A DNA stretch of 63,636 nt, filler included, from Choristocarpus tenellus KU-1152 (taxonomy: Eukaryota > Protista > Phaeophyceae), in assembly GCA_964200185.2 (NCBI GenBank). It is 9 parts of 9 records of this genome, joined end to end, with 100 filler letters (N's around TTAATTAATTAA, not from the genome) between each part and the next. Parts side by side here need not be neighbours in the genome. Positions count along the whole stretch, not along the records: positions 49,318 to 53,001 come from CAXNAD020018533.1; positions 53,102 to 58,100 come from CAXNAD020012227.1; positions 58,201 to 63,636 come from CAXNAD020010783.1; 6 more parts are not named here. One strand, written 5' to 3'. The notes under the pieces are model-generated. The model saw only the letters and a list, made by a program, of their open reading frames with translations, did no database searches and had not been told where the DNA came from. Shown one piece after another: positions 49,934 to 62,282 of the stretch (positions are counted from its first letter, which is position 1; every line of letters begins with the position of its first letter). Position numbers and translations under genes: made by a program.

Positions 49934-52900
49934 ATGGCGGGGATTCGATCGAAGTTCCCTCAAGCGCAGGCTTGGACATTTGCCCTTCCAGATTCTACAC
50001 CAACCCCATCGGTCCGAGAATCATCAACCTGCTTGGCCTCGAGGATAGGAAATTGGACTGATGGAGGTATTGGTCCATTTGAGGTGCCTGGATCCAAAGG
50101 CTGCTCTTCAGTAAGAGTAACACAAAACACTGGGGTGGTTGGACACGTGAGTGAACAAGGAAAGGATAAGGAGAACGATATTAGCGTTCCAAGGCGAGCT
50201 CAAAACGACCCTGCCACAATAGCAGAGATATCAGTCGAAGTTCAAGGACCCAGTAGTTCGGAATATTCTGATGTCTTGTCCACAAAGGCAACAGCTGAGC
50301 TAGAGGCCAACACAAATAAGAAGGCTTGCGGGCTAGAGCCGAAGATCGGCGCGATAGGAGTACGACCCACTACCACAAGGTATACCGAAACTAGGAAGGA
50401 AGATCAAGCAGGGACGTCCATCCTACAGATGTCGCCCTCCAGCGACGAATTCGATAGGATATCCGACAACGAAGAACTAGCTCAGCTCGTGCGTGAGATG
50501 CGTATGCTACCCGGAGGTGCGGTGGTCGACTTTCCTCAGCTGGTACGGATGCCAGGAGTCATGGATTGTCTGACCGAATTGCTGAGGGACCGCCAACGCC
50601 AACTGGCATCTCTGGACAATGTTTCCCATCAATTGCGTCGTGTCCAAACTGATGCGGAACAGCGCACAAATGAGATAAATACGCTCAGTGCTCGCCTGGA
50701 GGCCAGTGAACAAGAGAGTGCTGCCCTCGAACGCCGCCGAATTAGTACTGTAGAGGAACATCGTACTGAAAAGGGGCGCTGGCACTTGCATAGGCATGAA
50801 CTTGAGACCAGAGCGGTCCAGTTGGAGAGCAGAGATGTGCAATACCGCGCCGCTTTGCGCAAGAAGGACGTCGACTACAAGCGGCTACAGGACAGTATGC
50901 AGCGGACTGTTATCAAGGAACGTGGGTCTGTACGTGGCATGGAGATGAACTTAAAACACCAAGTAGCAGCAAGGGCAAGGGGTGGGGGTGTTAGTGGGAA
51001 GGATGACACGGGATCGGAGGGGACTTTCACACCGTTAGGGGGTCTCATCAACATGTCACTGAAGAATCGAGTGGACGAGCTCACGAAAGAGAATACCAGC
51101 CTACGAAGCATGCTGGGAGAGCTCCAGTCGGACCTGATGGAGCTGAAGGAGTACCAGGAGAACCATCACGATCTAGTCTCTGCCCGATCTGCAGCGGCGT
51201 TAGATGAGTCTTGCCTGTCAGCAAGGGAGGAGGCACTGCCAGAGGAGTTAGAGGGTATGTCGGCTGAATGGCTCAGGAATCGACTGGGTGACAAAATGGT
51301 TCATCAGGTGCGGATCACCGAAATATCCGTTTCTATCCTGCCCACCTCCCTTCCCTAACCTGATGTTTATCTTTTTCTTTTGTCATGATGTCAATAGTTT
51401 AGGAAGACCAGAAATTTTCCTTCTTTGTAATGACCCACCATTCATCTTCTCCTTCAGTCCTCTGTGTTGTGTTTCCACATGGAAAAGAGGAACTGAAAAC
51501 GCTGTATTTTTTGGTTCCTGCTCAGTTGGCTGTATATTGAAGCCTGCTATCTTCCGTCCATACTCATGTACTCATTTACCCCTACCCTAATTCAGAACAT
51601 TTTAGAGATGGTCCTGTTGAATTTGGCAATGATTTTGATGGATATAGATACGACCTTCCCAATACTTGCAAACACTTACAGTTGTATTCATACACCCCTT
51701 AAAATTCCCTGAAGAGTGTTTGGTCATTCTTTGCCTAGCCTGTCATTCATAATAACAAAATTGTTAGAACTGAATCACAAGTGCACAGATGTTTACGAGT
51801 TTAATGTTTGTTTCGTGTTCATGCTGCTGGCACTCTGTGCTAGATCCCTCCACTTACAACTTTGCAACTGCTTAATGTAAGGGGGTAGCACTCAGCACAC
51901 AATTCTGACGGAAAGATGGTTCTACGTTGTAGGCCTGATGGAAGGCTTTAGCAACAGGGAGACCCATTGTCTCGTGCTCCTACTCAGTCCCATACGATTT
52001 TTTTTGTATTTCTAATTTGTGTCCATGCCAACAGATGTTTTGCCTAGGGAACATGTAGGTCCACGTACAGTTGGCAACCTTTTTTAGTCGACAATTAAAT
52101 CATCACTATAATTGTAAGAACAACTGAAGAGGCTTGAGTGGCTAGTATCAAGGTGGAGTGCGCAATGCTAATGGGCTGCCACATAGATCTAGATCACGCC
52201 TGGAGGAAAAGTACACTGTGTGAAATTGCCCTGTTGCAGTACATTCCTGGAGCATTAAGCAATACAATCAACTGGATGCAATTTCTTGTAGGTATTCGCT
52301 GAGGTCTAAGCGCACCACTAGAGCTGCACACTTTCACATCAATACCCAACCCTTGCTCTTAGGACAATGCAAACTTGGAACATGTTGTCCCCATCCACCG
52401 CTTGCTCCCATGCCACCCCAAAAACACACCCTTCCAAACCTTTATGTGATATATAATGATATAAAATTCACTCCTTGTCAACATCTATCTATAATGACAT
52501 AAAATTCACTCCTTGTCAACACCTATCTATAATGACATATAATTCACTCCTTGTCAACATCTATCTATAATGACATAAAATTCACTCCTTGTCAACATCT
52601 ATCTATAATGACATATAATTCACTCCTTGTCAACATCTATCTATAATGACATATAATGCACTCCTTGTCAACATCTGTAGATCTTTTCCATGCGGCAAGC
52701 ACTGCTAAGGGTCATGGGTGATAGTGCTGAAGGAGCTCAGGCATCAGGTGCCCCTGGTGCAGGGGGAGTAGTGGTGGAGGCAGAGGAGGATGTAAGGGCA
52801 AAGCTCCGTGAGGCCAGAAGCCTGCTCCAGCAACAAGACTCCATCATGCTCGCAGCCATTTTTGACAAGCCCGGAGCTGCAGTTACAAAGGCATCAGCAT

Positions 52901-53001
52901 TGGGAGGATTGGGTGGGCAGGAGGGAGAGGACTTGGGGGGTGGGGATGGGCAGTTGGATGCCTCCTTCCTGTGGGAGAGCCGTGAGCGCCTGGATCAGGA
53001 G
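49934..53001 (+). CDS. Afadin/alpha-actinin-binding (ADIP/SSX2IP-like) coiled-coil protein, 3' truncated by gap
   Basis: Exon 49934-51307 (CAG|GTGCGG) joins exon 52681-53001 in phase 0. Long coiled coil with MDCLTELLRDRQR...RDVQYRAALRKKDVDYKRLQD, typical of the ADIP domain. Confidence 0.75.
52453..52680. repeat. 38-bp tandem repeat x6 ending at a splice acceptor
   Basis: ATAATGACATAWAATTCACTCCTTGTCAACATCTATCT at 52453, 52491, 52529, 52567, 52605 and 52643; the last unit ends CTGTAG. Confidence 0.95.
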
Positions 53002-53103
53002 NNNNNNNNNNNNNNNNNNNNNNNNNNNNNNNNNNNNNNNNNNNNTTAATTAATTAANNNNNNNNNNNNNNNNNNNNNNNNNNNNNNNNNNNNNNNNNNN
53101 NCT

Positions 53104-53221
53104 TATCCTTGATTAACCCCTATCCTTGATTAACCCCTATCCTTGATTAACCCCTATCCTTGATTAACCCCTATCCTTGATTAACCCCTATCCTTGATTA
53201 ACCCCTATCCTTGATTAACCC
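53104..53221. repeat. 17-bp tandem repeat x7 (TATCCTTGATTAACCCC)
   Basis: Perfect units every 17 nt, starting at the gap edge and ending ~25 nt before an acceptor. Confidence 0.95.
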
Positions 53222-53246
53222 TTGCCGCATGTCTTGCATAACCCAG

Positions 53247-56200
53247 TACAACATGTACACCTATGTCACCAAAGAGCTACCAGCCATTATTGCTGAAAAC
53301 TTCTCCGTCGACCCGACACGCTGCTCAATATTTGGGCACTCCATGGGAGGGCATGGGGCTCTGACAATCGCCTTCAGGTGTAACTCGTGGCGATGTTGGG
53401 GATATCTAGTATGCAACACTTATCTTCATGCCAGGATAGCTGATGTTCCAAGGCTGATATGGTTGAATAGATGAGAATTATTGCTATTATTGTTATTATT
53501 ATTGTTATTATTATTGTTAGTATTGTTATTATCGTTGTTATTATTGCTGCTATTAATAGTAGTACTTCGTACCTGTATGTAACTGTTATTGAGGTACACT
53601 GTATGTAACTGTTATTGAGGTAACCAGGATTTTTTACGCACTTCGCAGTCCTTTTTGCTTGTCAACGGGGTTTTTCTCAGACTGGAGGGCTGTGTTCTAT
53701 GCTTGTTTTCTTTCTGGTGGTTCTTCCATCACATCTCTCATCTTATTTTGGAATAATAGTCTGTTGTGGCAGTACCTCATTTGTGTACCCACTCCACCCC
53801 TCTGCCCCTCTCTTCTTGTTCCATGCATGGTTCTCTACAATATGTAACAAGTGGCTTGTTGCGAAATATGGGCTGTTTGTTCTGTAGTGGAGTGACAAGG
53901 AATTGTCCTTGATATTTGTTTACTGATTGAGTCATACTATCTGAGAGGGGGGTCTGCTCAGGCCCACTTGAATATTTGTACTTTTAAAATCTTCTGCTTG
54001 ACTCCATATTTCCCATTCTGGAATACCACTAACCTCCCCTCAGAGGCTGTAGTTGTAGAAGAAAATACAAGCATTCAACCATGTAAGCGTGAAATCACCC
54101 TCCAGCATGCTAGTAGAACATGCAGCAGAAGGCAGTCATGAGAGGACGGCCTAATTGGAAGCATTCCTCACCAACATCCTCATTAAAGATAATATGGTTC
54201 CTTCAATCAATAGAAAAGTGATAAAATGTTTTGGACTCCAAGCACTTGATAGTGAAACACTTTCTTTATGACAAGGGTGCCCTCAAAAGAGACTCCTGTT
54301 GACTGTCAAATGGTGGTCAAATCGGAGCCACAGCTACACAGAGAGTTGACATGTTTCAGGGAGACCTTCACTCAAGGAGCTGGTGTTGGACAGCGGTCTG
54401 CAATACCAAGAGCATTTTTCTGAAGAGGAAGTTAATTTGAAGTTAATTTTACTCCTGTGATGAAACAATAAGACGAGTTGTGCTAACATTTACACCATGG
54501 TCTTTGCAAGTGGAAACTATGGAACTTTCAACACATAATGTTTCTATCCCGGAAGCAAGAGTTTGCTCCATTTGGACTGATCCATGAGTGGGACTTTTGT
54601 TTACAGCAGTCTCCCTTTCTCCTCTTGAATGGTCCATCCAGTGATAGAGGTGTCTCATCCACTACAGTGTTATTTGTGCCCCTCTCCCCCCTGTCCATGT
54701 GGATGATGCAGGGATCCTACCAAGTATCGAAGTGTGTCAGCTTTTGCCCCCGTGTGTAACCCTGTGGATTGCCCATGGGGAGTGAAGGCGTTCACTGGGT
54801 ACCTAGGCTCTGACACCAGCAAGTGGGAGGTACACCTAACCGCCCTACCCCTACATGGACCAAAAACTGTATATTGTTGGAACGGTCCAGGAATGGGCCT
54901 CTGGAAACGCCTATTAGTGTATTAGTAAGTAGAGGAAGGGCGAGGGGAGTAAACTATTGACAACTACCCTTCTTAAATGAGAACAATCTGCTATTTTTGA
55001 GGTGGACAACCCAACAAACCGAGACCCTCCTGGTGTCTCAGGGAGAATGTAGATTTTATAGTCATGATGGTATGATGGTATGATGGTATGATGGCGGTGT
55101 ATTACAGTAGTGGGCTTGGTTTTTTTTTTTTCGCCATTGTCGTTTTTTGGTACCAAATATTGAGAGCAAATATTGACTGAAGACTAAATCTTTTGATTGA
55201 GAGGGTGAGGGATGTTGGACCTGGATGAAATCATCTTACATTGAACTGATCTCATGTTGTCTGAATGCACCACGAGGGGCTCTATAAAAACCTAACCCTA
55301 ACCCTAACCCTAACCCGTTAGTTGTGGGAAATACTACTTAACATATCATGCCCGTCTACACATTATCGTGGGCATATACAACTCTACCCCATACTCTCCA
55401 ATGTACCCTAACCAAGAACTCTTCGCTTTTTTGTGTGTGTGTGACACAGGACCACGACTCAACACAGCTCATGCAAAAGAAGGGTCCTTTCCCAGAGTTG
55501 GGCTCTATCCTTGTGGATCAAGGTGCAAGCGACAGCTTCCTTGAAGGTACGGGGAACATCATAGGTACATGCTGGGTTGGGCGGAAAGAGCAGTTGATAG
55601 GAGGGAAGAAGTGGATTGGTCGATTGTTGTCCTTACTTACTCTATTTGATTCGGAATTCACAGGTGAAATTTATCAGGATTGAGAGCAGAAGGCTCTATG
55701 GCTTGAGGCCACTGTACCTGAGCGATATTTTTTGAGCATGACAAAATTCACTGTTGGGAGGTCTGTGTGTCCTTGTTCTGTTCTTTGTTGCTAAGTGGGT
55801 AAGTAGGCTTTGTTATCTGGACCACTGAGCACGTAGAATTGTAAGCAAGGAAAGTTTAGTGTGTCTGAGTAGGTTAGCAGTGTGCTGGACAGAAGAGGAT
55901 CACGATCAAGTGAGCATTTTTTTTTATAGTCGAGAAATGTATGATACGTTTGAGAAACTGTGATAGCATTCAGAAGTGGTAAGAGAACCCTCAGTGGTTC
56001 AGTACGTGTGTTCTTTCCTGGGAGTACAGTTATCTGCAGTAGTATCTGGTTGGAAGTGATAACACCAAAACACTTTTTATTGGACCTTTTTTTTTTTATT
56101 GAACCTTTTTCGAGCGGGCTGCTGATCCTCTAAATAAGAAAATATTTCCTACTCTCTGCCGACTTGAAATTAGCAGTTGGCCAATCATTATGTGATTTAT

Positions 56201-57741
56201 TGTGGACGGTTTAACTGATTCCAAGTATGATTTATTGTGAACAGTGTAACTGATTCCAAGTATGATTTATTGTGAACAGTGTAACTGATTCCAAGTATGA
56301 TTTATTGTGAACAGTGTAACTGATTCCAAGTATGACGTCAGCAGCTTTTTTCTTGAGTTATAGATTCCGCCGACTGAAAACTGATTCAAGAGGAAGTGAA
56401 GAGGGTGGTCGTGTGTAACTGCTATTTTGCTTAAAATGTTATTTTTTTGTGATTATTACTCTTGTGTGGAGGGGTTGGTTGTGTGGGACCCATGTACTTT
56501 AGATATGCTTGGGCCCTGTGAAGATCCCAGTGAGGATTGCATCCTTGTTGCGTTCCGTTTGCAAACCTAATATGTTACTTGTTTTTGGTGGGGACCCGCT
56601 TGATAGTTTTGGGTAATGAGACTCTGTACTTTGGGACCAGTGAGGACCACTTCATGGGTTAATTGTGTCCGAAGATGAACTTGGTTGGCGATATTCTTCT
56701 CAAGTTTCAAAGTCATGTAGTCCCTTGTTGAAGGGCGTTTGTTGTGGAATATAGGATCTTTTGGTCCCATTAGGGCATATATTTTTAGGTCTGGTGTGGT
56801 TCTCGATGGGGATTGTATTCCCTTTCGTTGCAGACTTTTCATACCAAGAGCAGGGATGTAACAAGGTTGGTTTGGTTGTCAGCATAGTATGACTTTGAAA
56901 TACACCATAGTATATTTAATGTGTGGAGATGAGGTTACAGATATAATATACTGCCAGCCATGTACTATACATACACAAATGACCTATTGACCCCTCCATA
57001 TATGGCCTTCGTCGATCTCCTATTTCTTGGGAATATCGGCGACCTGGTGCATTTGGAGCCCTATATACATCCCTATTGAAGGGTTATATTGATATGTTGT
57101 TCTCCCCCCATCCCCCCAATATGGCAGATTCTCTTGGTATAGTGTGCTGTGGTGCTTTTGAAGTAGTGAATCTATAAAGGTTCCTTACTGTCTTTTCAGG
57201 AACTGAACAGGCTTTCAAGCACATGCCCTGTTGTGGGAACACAGTTGTTCCCCTCCAACAACCCTGGGTAGTGGTTTGTGCCCTCAGGCAACTAGATGAT
57301 TGGATTGCAAACAGGTGTTGATTGCACGCCTGTGATTGTGGCAGGATAGAAGAAAAAATCATGTGAGGAGGAGAGGAGTCCTTAAATACATCAACAACTC
57401 TCATTCTCTGACTGGGGATTTGTAGGCGAAACATTTGCCCTCCGTTGTGGTCTCTTCTGCTGTTTGGGCAAATTCTTTTTGTTGTTGGATTGTACTGTAG
57501 GGTTAGGGTTATCTGTAGGCATATCTCATTTATCCAAGCAACACACAGCATTGGATCTGGAGAACCATGAACAATGCAGGCAAGCGCCCACAAGGCTCTC
57601 ACATGTTTTAAGTGGTGTCTAACCTCACTTTGCACATCCCTAACCCTTACTCTGCCAATGGTCAACCCAGGGCAATTGAAACCTGAGGCCTTGGCAAAGG
57701 CATGTGCAGAGAAGGGGCAAGAACTGGATCTGCGAGTTCAT
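53247..57741 (+). CDS. ESD: S-formylglutathione hydrolase (esterase D), internal exons
   Basis: Phase-consistent exons 53247-53377 ([12 protein letters not shown]...[10 protein letters not shown]), 54712-54829 ([24 protein letters not shown]), 55450-55546 ([12 protein letters not shown]) and 57671-57741 (QLKPEAL). The N-terminus and the final GYDHSY exon lie beyond gaps. Confidence 0.95.
55291..55316. repeat. Interstitial (CCCTAA)n telomere-like tract; another at 32656-32674
   Basis: About four CCCTAA units visible. Confidence 0.8.
56191..56335. repeat. 35-bp tandem repeat x4
   Basis: TATGATTTATTGTGAACAGTGTAACTGATTCCAAG at 56226, 56261 and 56296, with a variant at 56191. Confidence 0.95.
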
Positions 57742-58200
57742 GTGAGTAACCTTCCAAACAATAACCCCCCAGCCCACACCCCTTGGTTAAGATCGGAGAT
57801 GTAGGGCATAGTGTGTATGTACTGCATGCTGTCTGGACTCCCTACCTTTGAAATGGGTTTTTAAGTATACCTCCTTTTTGTCATCTTGCATTCACCCCAA
57901 GGTTGGCAACCATCGCAGCTACTCAGTATGTCTTGTGCACTCACTTCAGCTGTAAGTGTGGGTTGCTGTAGAATGGTGGTATTAGATGAGACTACCATGT
58001 TTTTAAGATGCAATCCCTGCTTTTGCAAGAAAAATGGTGAGGTCCAGTCCTTAACAAATATATTTGGGTCAAAATATCTTGGGGGGGGTGTCGGCGTCCG
58101 NNNNNNNNNNNNNNNNNNNNNNNNNNNNNNNNNNNNNNNNNNNNTTAATTAATTAANNNNNNNNNNNNNNNNNNNNNNNNNNNNNNNNNNNNNNNNNNNN

Positions 58201-61006
58201 CAAAAGCAGCGCAAAGACGTGGTCAAGATGTCAGCCAGTTGTTTTGATGTTGGAACGTATTCTAGGGTCAAAGTATCTAGGGAAAGGGGGGGGGTGGTTT
58301 GTGAGGGGGCGTCCGTTTCGGTCATAAACTCTTTTTTTTGCTGACATTACAAATCCGACACGTGCGACCAAATCACACCAAAAAAATGAAAATCGAAAAA
58401 AGGATGAAAAACGGACGCCGACACCCCCCCCTCCCCCTCCCCCCAGTTACTTTGACCCTCTAGGTGGAATAGACCCTGGTCCACGTATTCTCTGGTGCAC
58501 TTCAGCTTCATGTCCATGTGCTTGGTTCTCCCGTTGAAACCTGTGATGCTGCCCGCCTGGATAGCACCACGGTTGTTACAGAACCAGGGAGTCTGGTCCT
58601 GTAGTACGCCTATCTCCCCCAGAATATCTCGAAGGAAAATGCAGTGGCGCATGCCGTATGCCATTGCCGTCCACTCTGCCTCTGAGCTGGAGAGGGTGAC
58701 GGCACCTTGAAGCTTGGAGCGCCAGGCAATCGGCGATCCGTTGAACAATAGTAGGTAACCTGTGACTCTCCTGCGTGTTTGGGAGTCAGTGCCCCAGTCG
58801 GAATCCCCATACCCCACCAAGAGCTCTCCTTCTCCTCCGTTCAAATCTTTACTCCCCCGACCACCATAGTGAATGCAGACGTTCAGTGTCCCTGCTACGT
58901 AGCGCAGAATGTGTTGCAGTCCGTGCCAGTGCCGCATGCATGGAGATTCCGCCCTACGCCCCAGTTCACGAACACTGTTGGTCAGGTCCGGTTGAATGAT
59001 GCCTGCTAGAAACATGAGTTGGCCAAGGATGCTGGCCTGGGGGTATAGGGTGGGATTCAGTTCCTCCTCGTTGTCGTGCCTGGCAGAGAGGTCCTTCCCA
59101 GGGTCCAGTGGTGTGGATGTTTCTCGCACTTCCATGGAGCCCATCCCGGCCATGACAATGCTTTCCGCGTATAGCTGTTGGTCCAGGGTGATGCCATCCG
59201 CACCCACAGTGATGCTCACCCTAATCAGCTTGTCCGGCGTACCTAGGTCCCGCCCCTCGTTCTTCTCCAGCAGTGATGCCCTCATCCTCTGTATCTCCTC
59301 CGTGAAGTCCCCAATGGTGGCAGTGTCGTCCACGTAGGTAGTGAGGATGGTGATGCATCTGTCTTCACTCTTCCTGAAGTAGAGGCACTTGTCGTGTTGG
59401 CTGCTCGTCCACCCTTCTGCTAGAATCGTGCTGCGTAGCTTATGATACCATGTCATGGCTGACTCCTTCAGCCCATAGATTGATTTCTCTGCCTTGATGG
59501 TGTGGCCGTCCAGAAGCTCCAGCCAGACATCCTCCTGCAGGTCTGCGTTGAGGTAGGCCTGTGTGGAGTCCAGGGTGTCGATGCTCCAACCCCTGTATGC
59601 TGCGACTAATAAGATGCACAACTACGGTCATAGTGTGTCATACCCCACCACCGGGCTGAAGGTTTCGAAGAAGTCCACACCTGCGTTTTGTGTGAAGCCG
59701 CAGGCCACGAGTCGTGCCTTATAGCGTTCCTCTGTCCCATCCGCGGAGCACTTGATTTTGAAGACGAAATCGCGTCTTGATAGCCTTCCTCCCTTGGAGC
59801 AGGGCCTTGTCACCAAACGTCCCTTTCTGCCATAGCCCTGTCATTTCCTTCGCCATGGTTTCTTGCCACTGGTCTGCATCCGGCCCACTCAAGGCCTCCT
59901 TGTTGTAGACGGGTCGTCTGCACCTATTGCAACCTCCTCCATGAGACCCATAAGGCAGTCAGTACACATCGTTGTTGTATGAGGGTTGACACGAAGTGGT
60001 TCATGTCCATTTCCTCATCCCCTTCCAGGTCGCACAGCTGGGATGTGTAGGCCACCCACTGGCACTGCTCCAGTCGGGAAGATCTCCGCCGTCCAGAGTG
60101 TGGGGCCAGGAGCTTGGCTGCTATCTGTGCTGCCCTATCCATGCGCTGTTGTTGTCCCATCCTGGGAGAAATCTCTTGACTTTGATGGGGTGCTGAGCGC
60201 TTTGCATCCTGTGTCCCATGCCCAATATTTTCGCCCGCATTCCCAGTCGTGTGTGTTTTGCTCCCTGTTGTGGCAGCCTCTTCTTCGCCTTTCGTGTGTG
60301 CCTCGCTCCCTGTTGTGGCAGTCTCCTCTCCACCTTCGCCATCTATGTTCATGTTGTTGTCGTGCTCCGACTCCCCCAGTATGTCCAGCTCTGGCTGCCC
60401 CACTAGTTCCAGCAGTTTGGCTTCAGGTTGGAACTTCACTTGTGCGGAGATCACCAGCTTGCCTTCCTGCGGGATCCACACATGCCAGCACAGTGACGCC
60501 CTGTTGTGCCCGACGAGGATCCCCCGCTTCGCATACGGGTGGAACTTGGCGTTGGCACCGCGCTTTTGCTTGGTCTGATGCTCGAAGCACTCCGTCCCAA
60601 ACACACGGAATCGCTTGTAGTTGAATAGCTTGCTGGTCAGGCGCTTGCATAGTGTCTCACCGCCCAGGTACTCGTGTGGCATGCCTGTGGTCTTGTATAT
60701 GGCATCTGCCACCGCAAAAAAACAGAAATCCTCCCCCAGTCCAGCATGGATCAGCTGGCTGCGTGCCACTTGCATCACCTGTTTGATTGCCCGCTCAGCA
60801 ATCTCGTTGCTCTGGGGCGTGAGTGGGGGGATCTTGCGCCATTTCACGCCCCGCTCTGTCAGCATGCGCTGGAACCTTCTGCTCCTCCCGAACTTGCCAG
60901 CGCCATCCCCACTGATGCATCTCACCACCATCCCTTCTCGAGCCATTTCGTCGATGTAGGCAGTGGTGGTCGCGGTCGGGGTGTCCTTGGTACACAGACC
61001 CATCAC
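58201..61006 (-). mobile_element. Ty1/Copia LTR retrotransposon pol pseudogene (IN-RT-RNaseH)
   Basis: Integrase (SGDGAGKF, TPQSNEIAER), RT (YKARLVACGFTQ, SIYGLKES, YVDD) and RNaseH (DSDWG, SSSEAE, KHMD, LADILT) in Copia order, with stops and frameshifts. No LTRs or gag seen. Confidence 0.95.
58265..58458. mobile_element. MITE family A inserted in Copia RNaseH, 4-bp TSD TCTA
   Basis: TCTA flanks both ends. Removing the element plus one TSD restores FHLEYVPTSKQLADILT. Confidence 0.95.
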
Positions 61007-61029
61007 GCGCTTTTAAAGTAAAAATGCTC

Positions 61030-61097
61030 TTTTACTTATTTTGGTCCAAATGGACACTCTGTTGTAGACCCCCCAACCCCCCCAGATACTTTCGGTC
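61030..61097. mobile_element. MITE family D-like right end between the Copia and Sola2-like remnants
   Basis: CCAAATGGACACTCTGTTGTAGACCCCCC...CAGATACTTTCGGTC resembles 25351-25394 plus the shared TIR. Confidence 0.7.
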
Positions 61098-61109
61098 TCT
61101 GACGATTGT

Positions 61110-62282
61110 CTATCTGGGAAGGAACCTTATGGCCTTTGCAGCAGCGCCACTCTTCCTCTGTGTGAGATCCCTCAAGGTGTATTGAATTTTGTTTGCCTTG
61201 ATTGTATCCACTAGGAACGAGGTTCCTGGCATGCACACCCGGTGTAGTTCCAGTCTCCTGGAAGCAGATTTCACCACAGCCCCGACTCCATCAGACAAGG
61301 ACTTGCTGTGAAACGAGGCAAAGAAGTTGTGTACTACGGAAATTCCCATCTGCACTAAGGACTGAGAAACCCACCACATCTGTCATCTGTTCTTGAACTG
61401 ACCCCCGCAGCCATTGGACCAGATGTGGAGGACCTCTAGGGTCTGTCCGTATTCTCTGGCTAGAGGTATTAGGTGGTCTTTCACAAATATCTCCACGACG
61501 TTCTGGACAAACTCGTTGTCTTGGCTTCGGTCTTCACAGTACACCGTCATGCTGTGAGCCCAAACCCTTCCCTTCCCAATATTTCCCTCTTCTCTGAAAT
61601 CCCTTAACCACCAGACAATTGTCAGAAGCGCCGTAAGGAACAGATTGAATAACTTTTGTTGTGTCAAGTCTTGGTGATTGTGTTGCAGGTGGGCACGGAA
61701 GTCCATGGATTGTATTGTTGCGTCTGCCAAATGGTGGTGTTGTGATGAAGGAAGCTCTTGTCGAAGTTTGCAAATATGACTTTTAGGAGCGTAGGGAATC
61801 CCTCCGTCCTTGGGAACGAACAGCACCTGTATCGAATGGGCCAGGTGGTCGCGTTTCGAGCGTTGTTGCTGGTGATAGATCGTGGTGATTCAGGTTTGTT
61901 GTGGTGTAATCGATTATGTTCGGTGCTGTGGGAGGGAACATTTGCTCGTTGTTTGACGTATATGCCGTGACATATTCAATCTACACTGTAATTATTTTAG
62001 CCGAATGAAACTTTCGCTCACATTTCGCCTCCAGCTCTGTTTGTCTGTAGACCCTGTGGCGTCTTCGTCATTGTTCTCCTCGATCCTGTTCCTCCTGAAG
62101 TCGGGGGCAGACTCTCCCACCATGCACTTAGCGATAATCAAATCGTCGATCATGAGATTTTCCGCCCTCAGCTCCGCATATTTTGCCTTGTCCATCTGGA
62201 TCATGCCATCTTTGGTGGTCCTGCTGGGGGTGGCAATGCCAAGTCTAGAGCACAGCGCCTGCGTGGCAGCGTAGACGGACAT
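61110..62282 (-). mobile_element. Sola2-like DDE transposase pseudogene
   Basis: LHIWSNGCGGQFKNR then (frameshift) HNFFASFHSKSLSDGVGAVVK match the SDGCxGQFKN / FFxxxHGKxxxDGxGxxxK catalytic blocks I associate with Sola2. The first Asp is mutated to Asn. The upstream ORF 61992-62282 is only tentatively part of it. Confidence 0.7.

Noticed and set aside
52681-53377. Apparent ADIP-ESD fusion or tight gene cluster
   Set aside because: The two partial genes are separated by an artificial spacer, and the missing ADIP 3' end and ESD 5' half cannot fit in it. Adjacency is unproven.
52453-56335. 35-38-bp repeats as CRISPR arrays
   Set aside because: Units are head-to-tail with no unique spacers, there are no cas genes, and the context is eukaryotic introns.
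57084-57665. 193-aa minus-strand ORF
   Set aside because: Antisense within an ESD intron, with no recognisable motif.
6556-58200. Recurrent TTAATTAATTAA palindrome (8 copies)
   Set aside because: Always centred in a fixed 100-nt N block: an artificial six-frame-stop contig linker. ORFs ending in X...LIN are artefacts.
59986-60959. Plus-strand ORFs up to 212 aa
   Set aside because: Shadow frames of the GC-rich Copia pol on the opposite strand.
61030-61097. TIR as the true terminus of the adjacent Sola2-like element
   Set aside because: Its orientation makes it the right end of an element extending leftwards, away from the transposase.
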